A stretch of DNA of 48,566 nt from an uncultured Dehalococcoidia bacterium (GCA_950072105.1 CATMOE010000025.1:1-48566); one strand, 5' to 3'; shown: positions 19,961-30,053, counted from the first letter of the stretch. The notes: generated from the sequence alone by a model not told the origin. Program-made: numbers and translations.

Positions 19961-20138
19961 CAAACTCACGCCAGGTGTCTTACGCACGGAATCTTCCGTC
20001 GCTCAGACTCAAGCCCTGGAAAATCATCGGGGGAACCAGAGACGCGGGCGCAGATGCAAAATCGATCAGGCCCAACGCGGGTCTTTAAAAGTCACCGGGT
20101 TTAAGCTGAACGCGGTAGGCGAACAAGGAGAAGTCTGG

Positions 20139-21590
20139 ATGGTCATCAAAGAGGAAGAACAGGCCTCTAGCCAACCTGAAGAGCAGACTACTTCCGGCAA
20201 GGATACCAGTGAAAACCTACCCACCGTCCTTGATGCACCATACTTTGGGCGAACCGCCCGGATCGTGGGTTCATGGGAATCGGTGGACGCCAGCGGAACC
20301 CCTCACGAGAAAAACAAACGTGGCGAACTGGGCAAACCCCTTTACAACTGGTACATGAACCGCGTTGCCGACGACGCGTTAGCTCGCACGGCCTTCCCAC
20401 AGTCCGCCGCCGACAAAAGAAATACCCTACAACAGGTCGTGTCCCGGGCGGCCAAGGGCAACGTCAACCCGGATAAGTTCCAAGTAACCGACCCCAAGGC
20501 CCTGTCCAAGCACATCAAGCGAGTGTCGGAACATCTCGGCGCCCACGTTGTCGGCATCGCCGCAGTTCATCCGTCCATGCTCTACAGCGGCAGCCGCTAC
20601 CCCGATGACGGCACCGGCGCGACCGACGCCGCCAGGGGAATCAAGCAAGGCCCAGATGACATGGCCACCAAATATCCCTACGCCATCTGCTTGAGCACGG
20701 TGTGGGACTACAACATGGTCCAGGCTCACCGGCACCACATCGGAGACCACTCTTACCACTTCAGCCAGTCAAGACTGCAACTGATCTACGCCAACCTGGC
20801 GGCCTACATCCGTGAGATGGGATACGAAGCAGTCCAGAATCGCGCCCAACCCATGCCCACGGCCCTGGCAGCCGGTATCGGGGAACTGGGCCGGAACGGA
20901 ATGGTAATCACCGAGAAGTACGGGGCCCGCATCCACTTGGGCGACCCCATCTTGACCAACATGCCTTTGGTGGCCGATAAGCCCATCGACATCGGCGTCG
21001 ACGACTTCTGCAAAGTCTGCCGTAAATGCGCCACCACCTGCCCGACCAACAGCATCACCATGGACGACAAGGTGGTGCACAACGGTGTTGAGAAGTACAA
21101 GATCAACTGGGAGACCTGCTACCGGCTGCGGGCATACGTCATGGAGTTCTGGGAAGTCTGCATGAGCTGCGTCACGGTCTGCCCTTACACCAAGCCCAAG
21201 GTTTGGTGGCACCAACTGACAATCGGGACCCTTAGGCGAACCCCCTTCGCGCTACGGCCCCTGCTGGTCAGAGGGCTGAAGTTCCTGGACGACAAAGTCT
21301 GGGGCACGATCCCGCGCAAACGGGTCAAGTGGCTAACCTACGATTCGGGCATCAAGCCTGTCAAAAAGCCCCGTGACCAGGCGGTCGCGTCAGTCGCCCG
21401 ATCTAATGGAGCCAACGGCACAAACGGAACCAACGGAGCGCATGCCAACGGGGTAAGCACCAACGGGCACAGCGCCAACGGACACGGCGAGGCTCCTGAC
21501 CCGTCGGAAAAGATGGGCTACTACTATCCTCTGAAGGAAAATACCCGGCGGTTCGAGATCATGGAGGAACGAGCCAAGCGTTCGAAGTAG
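20139..21590 (+). CDS. Reductive dehalogenase-like cobalamin/2x[4Fe-4S] protein
   Basis: LGAHVVGIA, YIREMGYEA, AAGIGELGRNG, CKVCRKCATTCP, CMSCVTVCP; no TAT leader; NG-rich tail. Confidence 0.85.
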   Translation: MVIKEEEQASSQPEEQTTSGKDTSENLPTVLDAPYFGRTARIVGSWESVDASGTPHEKNKRGELGKPLYNWYMNRVADDALARTAFPQSAADKRNTLQQVVSRAAKGNVNPDKFQVTDPKALSKHIKRVSEHLGAHVVGIAAVHPSMLYSGSRYPDDGTGATDAARGIKQGPDDMATKYPYAICLSTVWDYNMVQAHRHHIGDHSYHFSQSRLQLIYANLAAYIREMGYEAVQNRAQPMPTALAAGIGELGRNGMVITEKYGARIHLGDPILTNMPLVADKPIDIGVDDFCKVCRKCATTCPTNSITMDDKVVHNGVEKYKINWETCYRLRAYVMEFWEVCMSCVTVCPYTKPKVWWHQLTIGTLRRTPFALRPLLVRGLKFLDDKVWGTIPRKRVKWLTYDSGIKPVKKPRDQAVASVARSNGANGTNGTNGAHANGVSTNGHSANGHGEAPDPSEKMGYYYPLKENTRRFEIMEERAKRSK

Positions 21591-21620
21591 CAAGCCTCGA
21601 GAAACGTAGCGTGAATCCAC

Positions 21621-21646
21621 GACGGGCGCTTGGAATAGCGCCCGTC
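21621..21646 (+). other. Intergenic 10-bp stem-loop without U tract
   Basis: GACGGGCGCT-tggaat-AGCGCCCGTC. Confidence 0.6.
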
Positions 21647-21698
21647 AATGCGAGCAAGACTCTACAAGAATTGTTAGGGAAATCGGGAGCAACGTAAT

Positions 21699-22307
21699 TT
21701 GACCGATCGATCGGACAGAGATCGCTTGTGGGATCACTTCATAACCAGCCCTCCGGCTGACGCGAAGAACGACCTCACCCCTCACATCGAATCAGCCCCA
21801 GAGGGTAGGGTCTATCCCATCCAAAGCGCGTCCGATGACCCCGATACGGTGTCTCAAACGATCAAGGAACTGGGGCAGTGGCTAGGAGTGAATCTGGTGG
21901 GTATCGCCGCCGTCGATCCGTCTCTTCAACCTGAGGTGCGTTCCGAAGGCGAAGGCGACACTGACGAAGAGGGCGGCCAAACGAAACATTTGCCCTTCGG
22001 CATCGTTTGCGTAGTCCACTCAGATCACGACCCAGAAGTATCCAAGGGGTTGGGGGGCCAGAAAGGCACTCAGCTGGACGCAGTGGTCATTCATCATCTA
22101 AGAGCGTACATCTTAGAGTTAGGTTATCGCGCTTCCTTCTCAGATCTCGACCCGGTGGCCGTCGCTGAAGCAGCGGAACTAGGCCGACGGGACCAAAGTG
22201 GGCGATTCATAGCCGCCGCAGGAAAGAAAGGCTCTTACGCCGTCTTATCCCACGTCCTATCCACCGATCTGCCGATGGCGCCCGATGGCCGGCTGATCGC
22301 TGCTTGA
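21699..22307 (+). CDS. Rdh/QueG-like cobalamin-domain protein lacking Fe-S motifs
   Basis: IKELGQWLGVNLVGIA, LRAYILELGYRA, AEAAELGR, LSTDLPMAPD parallel the upstream Rdh; ends before the CxxCxxC region. Confidence 0.7.
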   Translation: MTDRSDRDRLWDHFITSPPADAKNDLTPHIESAPEGRVYPIQSASDDPDTVSQTIKELGQWLGVNLVGIAAVDPSLQPEVRSEGEGDTDEEGGQTKHLPFGIVCVVHSDHDPEVSKGLGGQKGTQLDAVVIHHLRAYILELGYRASFSDLDPVAVAEAAELGRRDQSGRFIAAAGKKGSYAVLSHVLSTDLPMAPDGRLIAA

Positions 22308-22345
22308 GCGGGAAAGATTAAGAATTCAAAAGCGGGTAAAGATTC

Positions 22346-23011
22346 GTGACGTCACAATTTTCAGCATACGTCATCACCGAACCCTGCGTCGGCGTCAAGG
22401 ACGAGACCTGCCTGGAAGTATGCCCGGTTGATTGCATCGCCTCGACCTACGATGACGACCAATATTTCGTAGACCCGGAAATCTGCATCGCCTGTGAGCA
22501 ATGCGCTCTGGTGTGCCCGATGACCGCCGTTTTTCTGGATATCGAAGTACCCTCTTACTTCAAGAGCTATATCAATAGAAACGCCGATTTTTATCGAAGA
22601 AACAAGGGAGAACCTATGCCGGTCCCGATCGACAAAGCTTTAACAATGATTCAAGCGGGTCACGCCAAGGCACTGGAGTTGGACATCGCCGTCAGCGTGT
22701 CCGTGGTCGACGAAGGAGGACGTCTGGTCGCCTTCGGGCGAATGGACCGCTCCCGACCCATGAGCGTCGATATCTCGATCAACAAAGCCTACACCGCTGC
22801 TTCATTCCAGGTCCCGACCACCGATCTGGGCAGCGTGTCCAGCCAGAGCTGGTTCCAGAGCTTGATAGTTTCCAGCCAGGGAAAAATCATCGCCGTGGCC
22901 GGGGGACTGCCCGTACTGGGAGAACCATTGGTGGTCGGCGCCGTGGGCGTCAGCGGGGGCACCGACGAACAGGACCAGGAGTGCGCCAGGGCCGCGGTTG
23001 CCGCCTACTGA
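22346..23011 (+). CDS. Ferredoxin (7Fe/8Fe type) fused to GlcG/HbpS heme-binding domain
   Basis: N-term YVITEPC..CLEVCPVDCI..CIACEQCALVCP; C-term VSVVDEGG..RMD..NKAYTA..GGLP..GAVGVSGG..QD. Confidence 0.85.
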   Translation: MTSQFSAYVITEPCVGVKDETCLEVCPVDCIASTYDDDQYFVDPEICIACEQCALVCPMTAVFLDIEVPSYFKSYINRNADFYRRNKGEPMPVPIDKALTMIQAGHAKALELDIAVSVSVVDEGGRLVAFGRMDRSRPMSVDISINKAYTAASFQVPTTDLGSVSSQSWFQSLIVSSQGKIIAVAGGLPVLGEPLVVGAVGVSGGTDEQDQECARAAVAAY

Positions 23012-23106
23012 CCGGAGTGATACGGCAAAGTTTATCGGTAGGCACCAAAAGATATTGGCAATCTGGGATTAGGTTCGCACCCTCCCAAAACAGGAAAGTA
23101 CCGGCG

Positions 23107-23189
23107 CACCCCCATCCTTAACTCTCCTACCTAACGGGGGAGAGAACAGATCCCTTTCCCCTTGACGGGGGAAGGTTAGGATGGGGGTG
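23107..23189. repeat. REP-like inverted repeat family B
   Basis: CACCCCCATCCTTAAC...GGTTAGGATGGGGGTG arms; AGGTTAGGATGGGGGTG also at 111-127. Confidence 0.65.
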
Positions 23190-23425
23190 AACTTTTGTGC
23201 ACCAACTCCAATCGGAATGGGCTCCGTCAACACCCAGTAACCAAGTCTCCAAGATACTACCCATTACCCGAGGCTAACCCAAAGAGTCCCAGCACGTACG
23301 GGTTACCTTACGTCCTTCAACTTGGCAAGGCACCCCCCGGTTAACCGTCAAATTCGCTACCAGTTATCGGATATAATATCGGATGCCTACGAGGCTTTAG
23401 ATTATTCCACCTGGAGGACCCAAGA

Positions 23426-24976
23426 ATGAAGTACGACTATATAGTCCTCGGCGCGGGCTCGGCGGGTTCCATCGTGGCTACCCGCCTTAGCGAGGACTCG
23501 AACCGATCGGTGCTGTTGCTTGAGGCGGGTCCGGACTATCCCGATTTCGAAAAGCTCCCGGACGAGGTCAAATTCGGCTACGCCACTGCTACGGACATCA
23601 TGGTCAGCGACCACAACTGGCAATTTGAAGGCAAAGCCACCGAAACCGCCCCGCCCATGCTGGTGCCCAGGGGTAAGGTCACCGGCGGCTCCAGCGCCAT
23701 CAACGGCCAAGTATTTCTTCGCGGCGTCCCGGAAGACTACGACTCCTGGGCGGCCAAGGGCAACGACCAGTGGAGCTTTCAACACGTGATGCAATACCTG
23801 CGCATGGTGGAGTCGGACACCGATTTCGGCGGCGGTGACTTCCACAACTCCGACGGCCCCATCATCGTCCACCGGTTCAAGCCCGAGACCATGCTTTCCG
23901 AGCAGACGGCATTCTATAACGCCTGCCGGTCCGCCGGCATCCCCGACAGTCCCGACCACAACGCGCCGGATGCGTCGGGGGTGGGACCGTGCCCGGTTAA
24001 CAACCCCAACGGCATCCGCTGGAGCACCGCCCTCGGCTACTTGGACATGGCGCGGCACCGGTTGAACCTGACCATCAAGGCTAACTGCACCGTTCACCGT
24101 ATCTTGTTCGACGGTAAGCGCGCCACCGGGGTCCAGGTGGAGAGCGGAGGCGAGACCTTCACGGCCGAGGCAGAGGAGATCATCCTAAGTTCAGGGGCCA
24201 TCGGGTCGCCCCAGATCTTGATGCTTTCGGGAGTAGGTCCCGCAGCCCAATTGCAGGCCCTGGGCATCCCAGTGGTCCACGACCTTGCCGGCGTGGGGCA
24301 AAACATGCGTGACCACCCCATGCTTTACGTGACCTTCCGGACCAAGAAAGACCACCCCATGGACGGATTTGCACCTAGGGTCCAGATGGCCCTTCGCTAC
24401 ACGGCCCCGGACTCGGACCTGCGTAACGACATTCAGGTGCTGATGCAGTCCTATGCCACCGGAAAGGTGAATCAGGGCGGCGACCGTATGGAGCCCTTGG
24501 GCATCAGGATGCTGGCTATCCTGAACCTGGCGGTGGGTTCCGGAGAGTTGCGTTTAACTTCGGCCGACCCGGCCGTCCAGCCCTTTTTAGACTACCGGTA
24601 CTTTGAAGAGGAGTTCGACCGCCGCCGGATGCGGGAGGCGATCCGCCTGTGCGTCAAATTAGGCCAGGACGAAGTATTCAAGGACATTATCGAGGAACGC
24701 ATCGAACCCACGGACGCCGAACTGGCGTCGGACGATGCATTGGACGAATTCATGCGCCGGGAAGTCACCACCGGCCAGCACATCTCCTGCACCTGCAAGA
24801 TGGGCCCATCGAATGACCCCATGGCCGTGGTGGACCAGTATGGCAAGGTTCATGGCCTACAGAACCTGCGGGTGGTGGACGCGTCGATAATGCCCGACTG
24901 CGTGAGGGCCAACACCAACGTCACCACCATGATGATCGGGGAACACATCTCCGACTTCATCCGCCAAGGCTCCTGA
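23426..24976 (+). CDS. GMC family oxidoreductase (choline dehydrogenase/MftG-like)
   Basis: GAGSAG, LLEAGPD, RGKVTGGSSAING, GSPQILMLSGVG, LRVVDASIMP, NTNVTT. Confidence 0.92.
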   Translation: MKYDYIVLGAGSAGSIVATRLSEDSNRSVLLLEAGPDYPDFEKLPDEVKFGYATATDIMVSDHNWQFEGKATETAPPMLVPRGKVTGGSSAINGQVFLRGVPEDYDSWAAKGNDQWSFQHVMQYLRMVESDTDFGGGDFHNSDGPIIVHRFKPETMLSEQTAFYNACRSAGIPDSPDHNAPDASGVGPCPVNNPNGIRWSTALGYLDMARHRLNLTIKANCTVHRILFDGKRATGVQVESGGETFTAEAEEIILSSGAIGSPQILMLSGVGPAAQLQALGIPVVHDLAGVGQNMRDHPMLYVTFRTKKDHPMDGFAPRVQMALRYTAPDSDLRNDIQVLMQSYATGKVNQGGDRMEPLGIRMLAILNLAVGSGELRLTSADPAVQPFLDYRYFEEEFDRRRMREAIRLCVKLGQDEVFKDIIEERIEPTDAELASDDALDEFMRREVTTGQHISCTCKMGPSNDPMAVVDQYGKVHGLQNLRVVDASIMPDCVRANTNVTTMMIGEHISDFIRQGS

Positions 24977-26442
24977 TGACCCGCACCGGCGCCGATTACA
25001 TCAAGAATGTACAAGACGGGCGGTCCATCTATCTAGACGGGCAACTCATCGAGAACGCCGCCGAGCACCCGGCATTCCGGAACGCGTTGGCCACGGTGGC
25101 CCGGCTGTACGACTTTCAAGCGGCCTCGGAGAACGAAGAGCTGATGACCTTCCCGTCGCCCACCAGCGGCGGCCGCGTCAATCGCTGCTGGCAGCTTCCC
25201 CGTTCTCACGCGGAACTGGTGCAACGCCGGGAAGCGATCACCGCCTGGGCCGAGCTAACCTTTGGGTTCATGGGCCGCTCCCCCGACCACGTAGCATCCT
25301 CCTTGAGCGGCATGGCCATGGGCATCGACGTGTTCCAAAGGCACGGCGAAGACCGGGCCAAGGCGCTGATGGATTACTTTACCTACGTCCGCGACAACGA
25401 CCTGTTCGTTACCTACGTCATCGCCAATCCCCGCGCCGACCACAGCAAGGACGTTTCTCAACAAGAGGACGAGACGTTGGTGGCGGCTATCTGCGACGAA
25501 GACAGCCAGGGCGTCACTATCAACGGCGCCAAGATGCTGGGAACCAGCGCCGTCATCGCCGACGAGTTGCTGGTGACTACCGGCGCGCCCCTGAAGCCTG
25601 GCGAGGAGATGTACGCCTTTTCGGTGGCCATGCCCATGGCTACCAAGGGACTGAAGATACTGCCGAGAAAATCCTACGAAGCGTCGGCGGTCTCCCAGTT
25701 CGATAACCCCTTGTCCTCCCACTTGGACGAGAACGACGCCATCATATTGTTCGACAATGTGAAAGTGCCCTGGGACCGTGTTTTTGTCCATAAGGACACC
25801 GAGATCTGCCGGGCGCAATTCACGGATACGCCGGCCCATATGTACCAGAACTACCAGGCCCAGGTCCGCATGATGGTCAAATTGCGTTTCTTATTGGGCC
25901 TGGCAAGGAAGATTGCCGAAACCAACGGCATCTTGTCCATCCCGGAGGTCGCGGGGACGCTGGGCTATCTGGCGGCCAATACCGCGATGATGGAAGGCAT
26001 GGTCAAGGGTATGGAGGCGGGCGGAGTGTCTTACGGGCCTTACTTCGTTCCGGACCGAGGGCTCCTTTACGCCACCCAAGTTCTGAGCCAACAGTTCTAT
26101 CCCCAGATGGTCCACCACATTCGGGATCTGGGCGGAGCCAGCATGATTATGATGCCGCCCTCGGTAGCCGACTTTGGCAACCCCGAAACCGCGTCCTTCA
26201 TACACCGTACCCAGCGGTCGCCCGTGGCCGAGCCCAAAGACAAAGTTAAGCTCTTCAAACTAGCCTGGGACGCCGTGGGCTCCGAGTTCGGCTCCCGGCA
26301 AGCACAATACGAAATGTTCTACGCCGGTGGACCGTTCGTTACCCGTGGCCGATCCTTCCAGAACTACGATTGGAGCACGGTGACTGACATGGTGGACGGT
26401 CTCCTGGAAAGCTACGATCTACCGGAATCACCAATCGGATGA
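24976..26442 (+). CDS. 4-hydroxyphenylacetate 3-hydroxylase family (HpaB-like) flavin monooxygenase
   Basis: GRSPDH, GAKMLGT, DNPLSSHLDENDA, LAWDAVGSEFGSRQAQYEMFY; overlaps the GMC stop (TGATG). Confidence 0.9.
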   Translation: MTRTGADYIKNVQDGRSIYLDGQLIENAAEHPAFRNALATVARLYDFQAASENEELMTFPSPTSGGRVNRCWQLPRSHAELVQRREAITAWAELTFGFMGRSPDHVASSLSGMAMGIDVFQRHGEDRAKALMDYFTYVRDNDLFVTYVIANPRADHSKDVSQQEDETLVAAICDEDSQGVTINGAKMLGTSAVIADELLVTTGAPLKPGEEMYAFSVAMPMATKGLKILPRKSYEASAVSQFDNPLSSHLDENDAIILFDNVKVPWDRVFVHKDTEICRAQFTDTPAHMYQNYQAQVRMMVKLRFLLGLARKIAETNGILSIPEVAGTLGYLAANTAMMEGMVKGMEAGGVSYGPYFVPDRGLLYATQVLSQQFYPQMVHHIRDLGGASMIMMPPSVADFGNPETASFIHRTQRSPVAEPKDKVKLFKLAWDAVGSEFGSRQAQYEMFYAGGPFVTRGRSFQNYDWSTVTDMVDGLLESYDLPESPIG

Positions 26443-26507
26443 CACGGCCTAAGCGAAACAGTGCCCATGAACGCAAGGCGCCACCCCACTCTATCAGGGC
26501 GTATCTC

Positions 26508-27389
26508 TCAGATATTGATCGTGTCCCCCCCGAGGTCGGCCCGCGCCTCAGTCGTTGTGGGGAGCGCTTCCAGGTCTCGGCAACTCAGGATTCGCTCGAT
26601 ACACGCATCACTTCCCCCAACATACGTGTCGGGGTTGTCTATCTCCGTTGCAACACACCAAGCTCGATCGTCAGGCCACCAGATGCTCGGCGACTGTGAC
26701 CAGCCACGGGGGAAGTGGTCCAAAAACGACATGACAGCATCCAGAGGGCCTTGAAAGAGCAGGTAGTCTCGGCCCGGAACTCTAAGGCGAGACGCATTTT
26801 TGTAGAGGCCTGGATCAAGGAACCCCCAGCCTTCCCAAACACAGAAGTAACAGCGGTTGGGTGTCGAGGTGAATCCCCTGAGCACGTTGGCGATCGCGCG
26901 GCACTCTTCAGATGGGAGGCACCCATATCTCGGATACGAGCCCCACGGCGGCCTCTGGTAAGGCTCAGAAAGGTTCGCAATACGTTCGAACTGCATCTCA
27001 GGATGGACGGTTCGCCCAGTCCATGAAGCCACCGTAGACCATCGGACCGGGGACCGCTGGACCGGCTCATGCCCCCGGTCTCGGAGTTCGGCAGGGTGAA
27101 ACACGCGGGCGTAGGCTGCAAATCCATCAGGCACGAACGAGCCTACCCGCACTCCCTCGATGCCAGTGGCGCTCCCCCAGGGCCAGAGGCATTCCTCAAT
27201 CCACCGCGCCGGCGCGATGTCTTCCATCAACTCGACACCTTCCGGCGCCTTCGGTATCTCGAATGCCCCCTTCACCGTTGATACTTTGGTATCGCCATTG
27301 GCCATTGGCGTGAGCGGCTGGAGGCTAGCCAGCCCGACACTTCGCATGCCGTATTTCAGCCACCGAAGGAACCGTATGATACCTGCCAA
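26508..27389 (-). CDS. Hypothetical protein (cargo)
   Basis: 293-aa ORF with VPDGFAAYARVFHP, CVWEGWG, QSPSIWWPDDRAWCVATEID; start uncertain. Confidence 0.7.
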   Translation of the reverse strand: MAGIIRFLRWLKYGMRSVGLASLQPLTPMANGDTKVSTVKGAFEIPKAPEGVELMEDIAPARWIEECLWPWGSATGIEGVRVGSFVPDGFAAYARVFHPAELRDRGHEPVQRSPVRWSTVASWTGRTVHPEMQFERIANLSEPYQRPPWGSYPRYGCLPSEECRAIANVLRGFTSTPNRCYFCVWEGWGFLDPGLYKNASRLRVPGRDYLLFQGPLDAVMSFLDHFPRGWSQSPSIWWPDDRAWCVATEIDNPDTYVGGSDACIERILSCRDLEALPTTTEARADLGGDTINI

Positions 27390-27577
27390 ATCTCAGCCAC
27401 CGTAGGAACCGTATGATATGCGTCGATTCTAACATGGGAAATGCGGGCTAGACCGGTTACATAAACGGAAAGGGTCATTTCCTAACCCTTTCCGCCTCAA
27501 TGTTCATCTTGTCTGAGGAGTCTTGCTGAATGCCCAGTCCTTCATTCCGAATAAGAGCCGCCTTAACGGAAGCGCGT

Positions 27578-27960
27578 TTATGGGGAGTGGCGGCTTTCCA
27601 CGATCGCCATCCCGATCAGCCAGGCGATCGAAATAACGAATAGAGCGAGACCGATAAGGAATATCAGAATGCCTAAGCTCATAATCCATAAAATTGAGTG
27701 AGCCATTAACAAGACGCTAACCAGGACGAAAGAAACCCACATTCGATAACCATTGGCAAGTAAGCCCCAAGTCGACATCAAAGCGATCGTTATCACAACG
27801 GCAACCGAGATGGGTCGAAAACTAAATGAGTATCTTCATCTTGAGGCGACCAGGGCCACCCTAGCCACATTGTAGCGAATGCGGCGCCTATTAATGCAGA
27901 GCCCGCGATGAAGAGCAGAATAGGTACACTAAGTCTCTTCACAGATGAACTGACCATCAT
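27578..27960 (-). pseudogene. Small membrane protein with a frameshift
   Basis: MMVSSSVKRLSVPILLFIAG... shifts frame near 27820 (T run) into ISVAVVITIALMSTWGLL...; hydrophobic on both sides. Confidence 0.5.
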
Positions 27961-28118
27961 AGTGTCACCCTAGTGCTTAATCATGGGGTCGATTCGGGAA
28001 TCACGGTCGGGCGTCGCCAGGCAGAATGCAATCCTCGAGCCATCGCTAGACGCCATTGTATCGGTATAACACATCGATCTAGCTAGTTAAGCAAGCACTC
28101 AGTTAATAAAAACAAAAC

Positions 28119-28172
28119 ATGGTGGACGGTCTGGTGCACGGCTACGATCTACCGGACTTACCCGCCGGTTGA
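28119..28172 (+). pseudogene. Displaced copy of the hpaB-like 3' end
   Basis: MVDGLVHGYDLPDLPAG* versus MVDGLLESYDLPESPIG* (26389-26442); 43/54 nt identical, same stop position. Confidence 0.85.
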
Positions 28173-28255
28173 TAGTATCCGAAAGGGAGTATAATTTAGG
28201 CCAAAGCTTACTAGCTTGACCTCTCAAACCCAGTTCCCATATTTCCGGAGACTAT

Positions 28256-29131
28256 ATGTCCACTAAGGCCCACAACTCTCAACTCGTCGAAACACCCGCC
28301 AAGATGGAGTCGCTGAAGGAAATCTTGCGGGAGATGGGTTCGGTCATCGTCGCCTACTCCGGCGGAGTGGATAGCGCCTTCTTGGCGGCCACCGCTCACC
28401 AGGTCTTGGGGGACCGTTCCTTGGCGGTAACCGCCGATTCTCCTAGCTTGGCGCCTTCAGAGCTCCGGGAAGCCGTGTCCTTGGCGCAGCAACTGGGACT
28501 CAACCACCGGATAATCCAGACCCAAGAGTTAGAGCGGGAAGACTACCTGGCAAACAATCCCAACCGCTGCTTTTTCTGCAAGGACGAGCTTTACTCGCAC
28601 ATAAACAAGATCGTCCAGTCCGAAAGTTACGAGTGGGTGACCAACGGCACCAACACCGACGATTTAGGAGACTTTCGGCCCGGCCTTGACGCAGCCAAAC
28701 AGTACGGTGTCCGCAGCCCGCTGGTGGAAGCAGAACTAACGAAAGCTGAGATACGGTCGCTGTCCAAGGACATGGACCTTCCTACCTGGGACAAGCCCGC
28801 CCAGGCTTGCCTGTCTTCCCGCATACCTTATGGGACACCTGTATCCGTCGAAGCTCTCACCCGAATCGCCAAGGCCGAAGAGTTCTTGAGAGGTCTGGGA
28901 ATAGGCCAACTCAGAGTCCGCCATCACGGATCAGTCGCTCGTATCGAGGTGACCCCAGCCGACTTCCCGGCCCTCTTGGACGAAGAAGTACGGACGAGCA
29001 TCGGAAAGCATTTTCGTTCCATCGGCTACGCCTACGTAACCCTGGACCTTGAGGGATTTCGCTCGGGCAGCATGAACGAGGTACTGAGCAGCAAAACCAA
29101 GAAGGAGGCCACGTCCAGGGCTAACGATTAG
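28256..29131 (+). CDS. larE: ATP-dependent sulfur transferase LarE
   Basis: [10 protein letters not shown]-loop, [38 protein letters not shown]. Confidence 0.92.
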   Translation: MSTKAHNSQLVETPAKMESLKEILREMGSVIVAYSGGVDSAFLAATAHQVLGDRSLAVTADSPSLAPSELREAVSLAQQLGLNHRIIQTQELEREDYLANNPNRCFFCKDELYSHINKIVQSESYEWVTNGTNTDDLGDFRPGLDAAKQYGVRSPLVEAELTKAEIRSLSKDMDLPTWDKPAQACLSSRIPYGTPVSVEALTRIAKAEEFLRGLGIGQLRVRHHGSVARIEVTPADFPALLDEEVRTSIGKHFRSIGYAYVTLDLEGFRSGSMNEVLSSKTKKEATSRAND

Positions 29132-29231
29132 TCCTGCGCAACGGCCGCCTGCGTTATACCCATAACTCCATTCATTCTTGCGCCGCACAACTTTATTACG
29201 TGGGGATGCGGCAATCTCCAGGAGAATAATC

Positions 29232-30053
29232 ATCGACGAAAATCGCTTGCGGGAAATCCTGCGCCGGTGTGCTAACGATGGACTCTCCATTGACGACGCG
29301 GTAGGCCTGCTAAGGGACCTCCCTTACCAGGATTTGGGCTTTGCCAAAGTAGATCACCATCGGGCCATCCGAACCGGCTTTCCCGAGGTGGTGTTCGGCG
29401 AGGGTAAGACGCCCAACCAAACCGCGACTATCGCCCAGGCGATCCTCCAGCAGTCCGATGTTCTTCTGGTCACCAGGGCCAGCCAAGAGATGTACTCGGC
29501 GGTCTTAGCCGGCGCACCCGACGCGACATACGACGAGATGGCCAGGACCGTGATAGTCGATCGTCGTGAACACCGGGAACATCTATCAGGAGTTTTGGTG
29601 CTTTGCGCCGGGACCGCCGATCTGCCCGTGGCCACGGAGGCGGCGATTACCGCCGAGCTAATGGGCTGCGAGGTGGAGCGGGTGTTCGATGTTGGAGTGG
29701 CCGGGATCCACCGGCTGCTAGACCAACTGGAGACGCTGCAGCGGGCCAGGGTCGTGATCGCTGTTGCCGGAATGGAAGGGGCTCTGCCGTCGGTGGTCGG
29801 AGGCCTGGTGCGTGCGCCGGTCATCGCCGTCCCTACCAGCATCGGTTACGGAGCAAGTTTCCAGGGATTGGCGGCCCTTTTGGCCATGCTCAACAGTTGC
29901 GCACCAGGTGTGGCGGTGGTGAACATAGACAATGGGTTCGGCGCCGGATACCTGGCCGCTCAAATCATTCATGTCAGCCACGATAGCCCATCGCCCCAAG
30001 TCGACAACGGGCGGAATTCCCAGCCGGGGATCAACCAACGGGCTGGTTCTTAG
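29232..30053 (+). CDS. larB: Nickel-pincer cofactor biosynthesis protein LarB
   Basis: DHHRAIRTGFPEVVFGEGK, AGTADLPVA, DVGVAGIHRL, AGMEGALPS, VNIDNGFGA; start uncertain (ATC after AGGAGA, or TTG 29178). Confidence 0.9.
   Translation: MDENRLREILRRCANDGLSIDDAVGLLRDLPYQDLGFAKVDHHRAIRTGFPEVVFGEGKTPNQTATIAQAILQQSDVLLVTRASQEMYSAVLAGAPDATYDEMARTVIVDRREHREHLSGVLVLCAGTADLPVATEAAITAELMGCEVERVFDVGVAGIHRLLDQLETLQRARVVIAVAGMEGALPSVVGGLVRAPVIAVPTSIGYGASFQGLAALLAMLNSCAPGVAVVNIDNGFGAGYLAAQIIHVSHDSPSPQVDNGRNSQPGINQRAGS

Noticed and set aside
19961..20138. Cobalamin riboswitch in the long leader of the rdh-like cluster
   Set aside because: I could not find the GGGAA, GCCACUG or B12-box core; an Rfam scan is needed to exclude a variant.
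14352..22307. Organohalide respiration (rdhAB) locus
   Set aside because: No twin-arginine leader and no small hydrophobic rdhB gene next to either Rdh-like gene.
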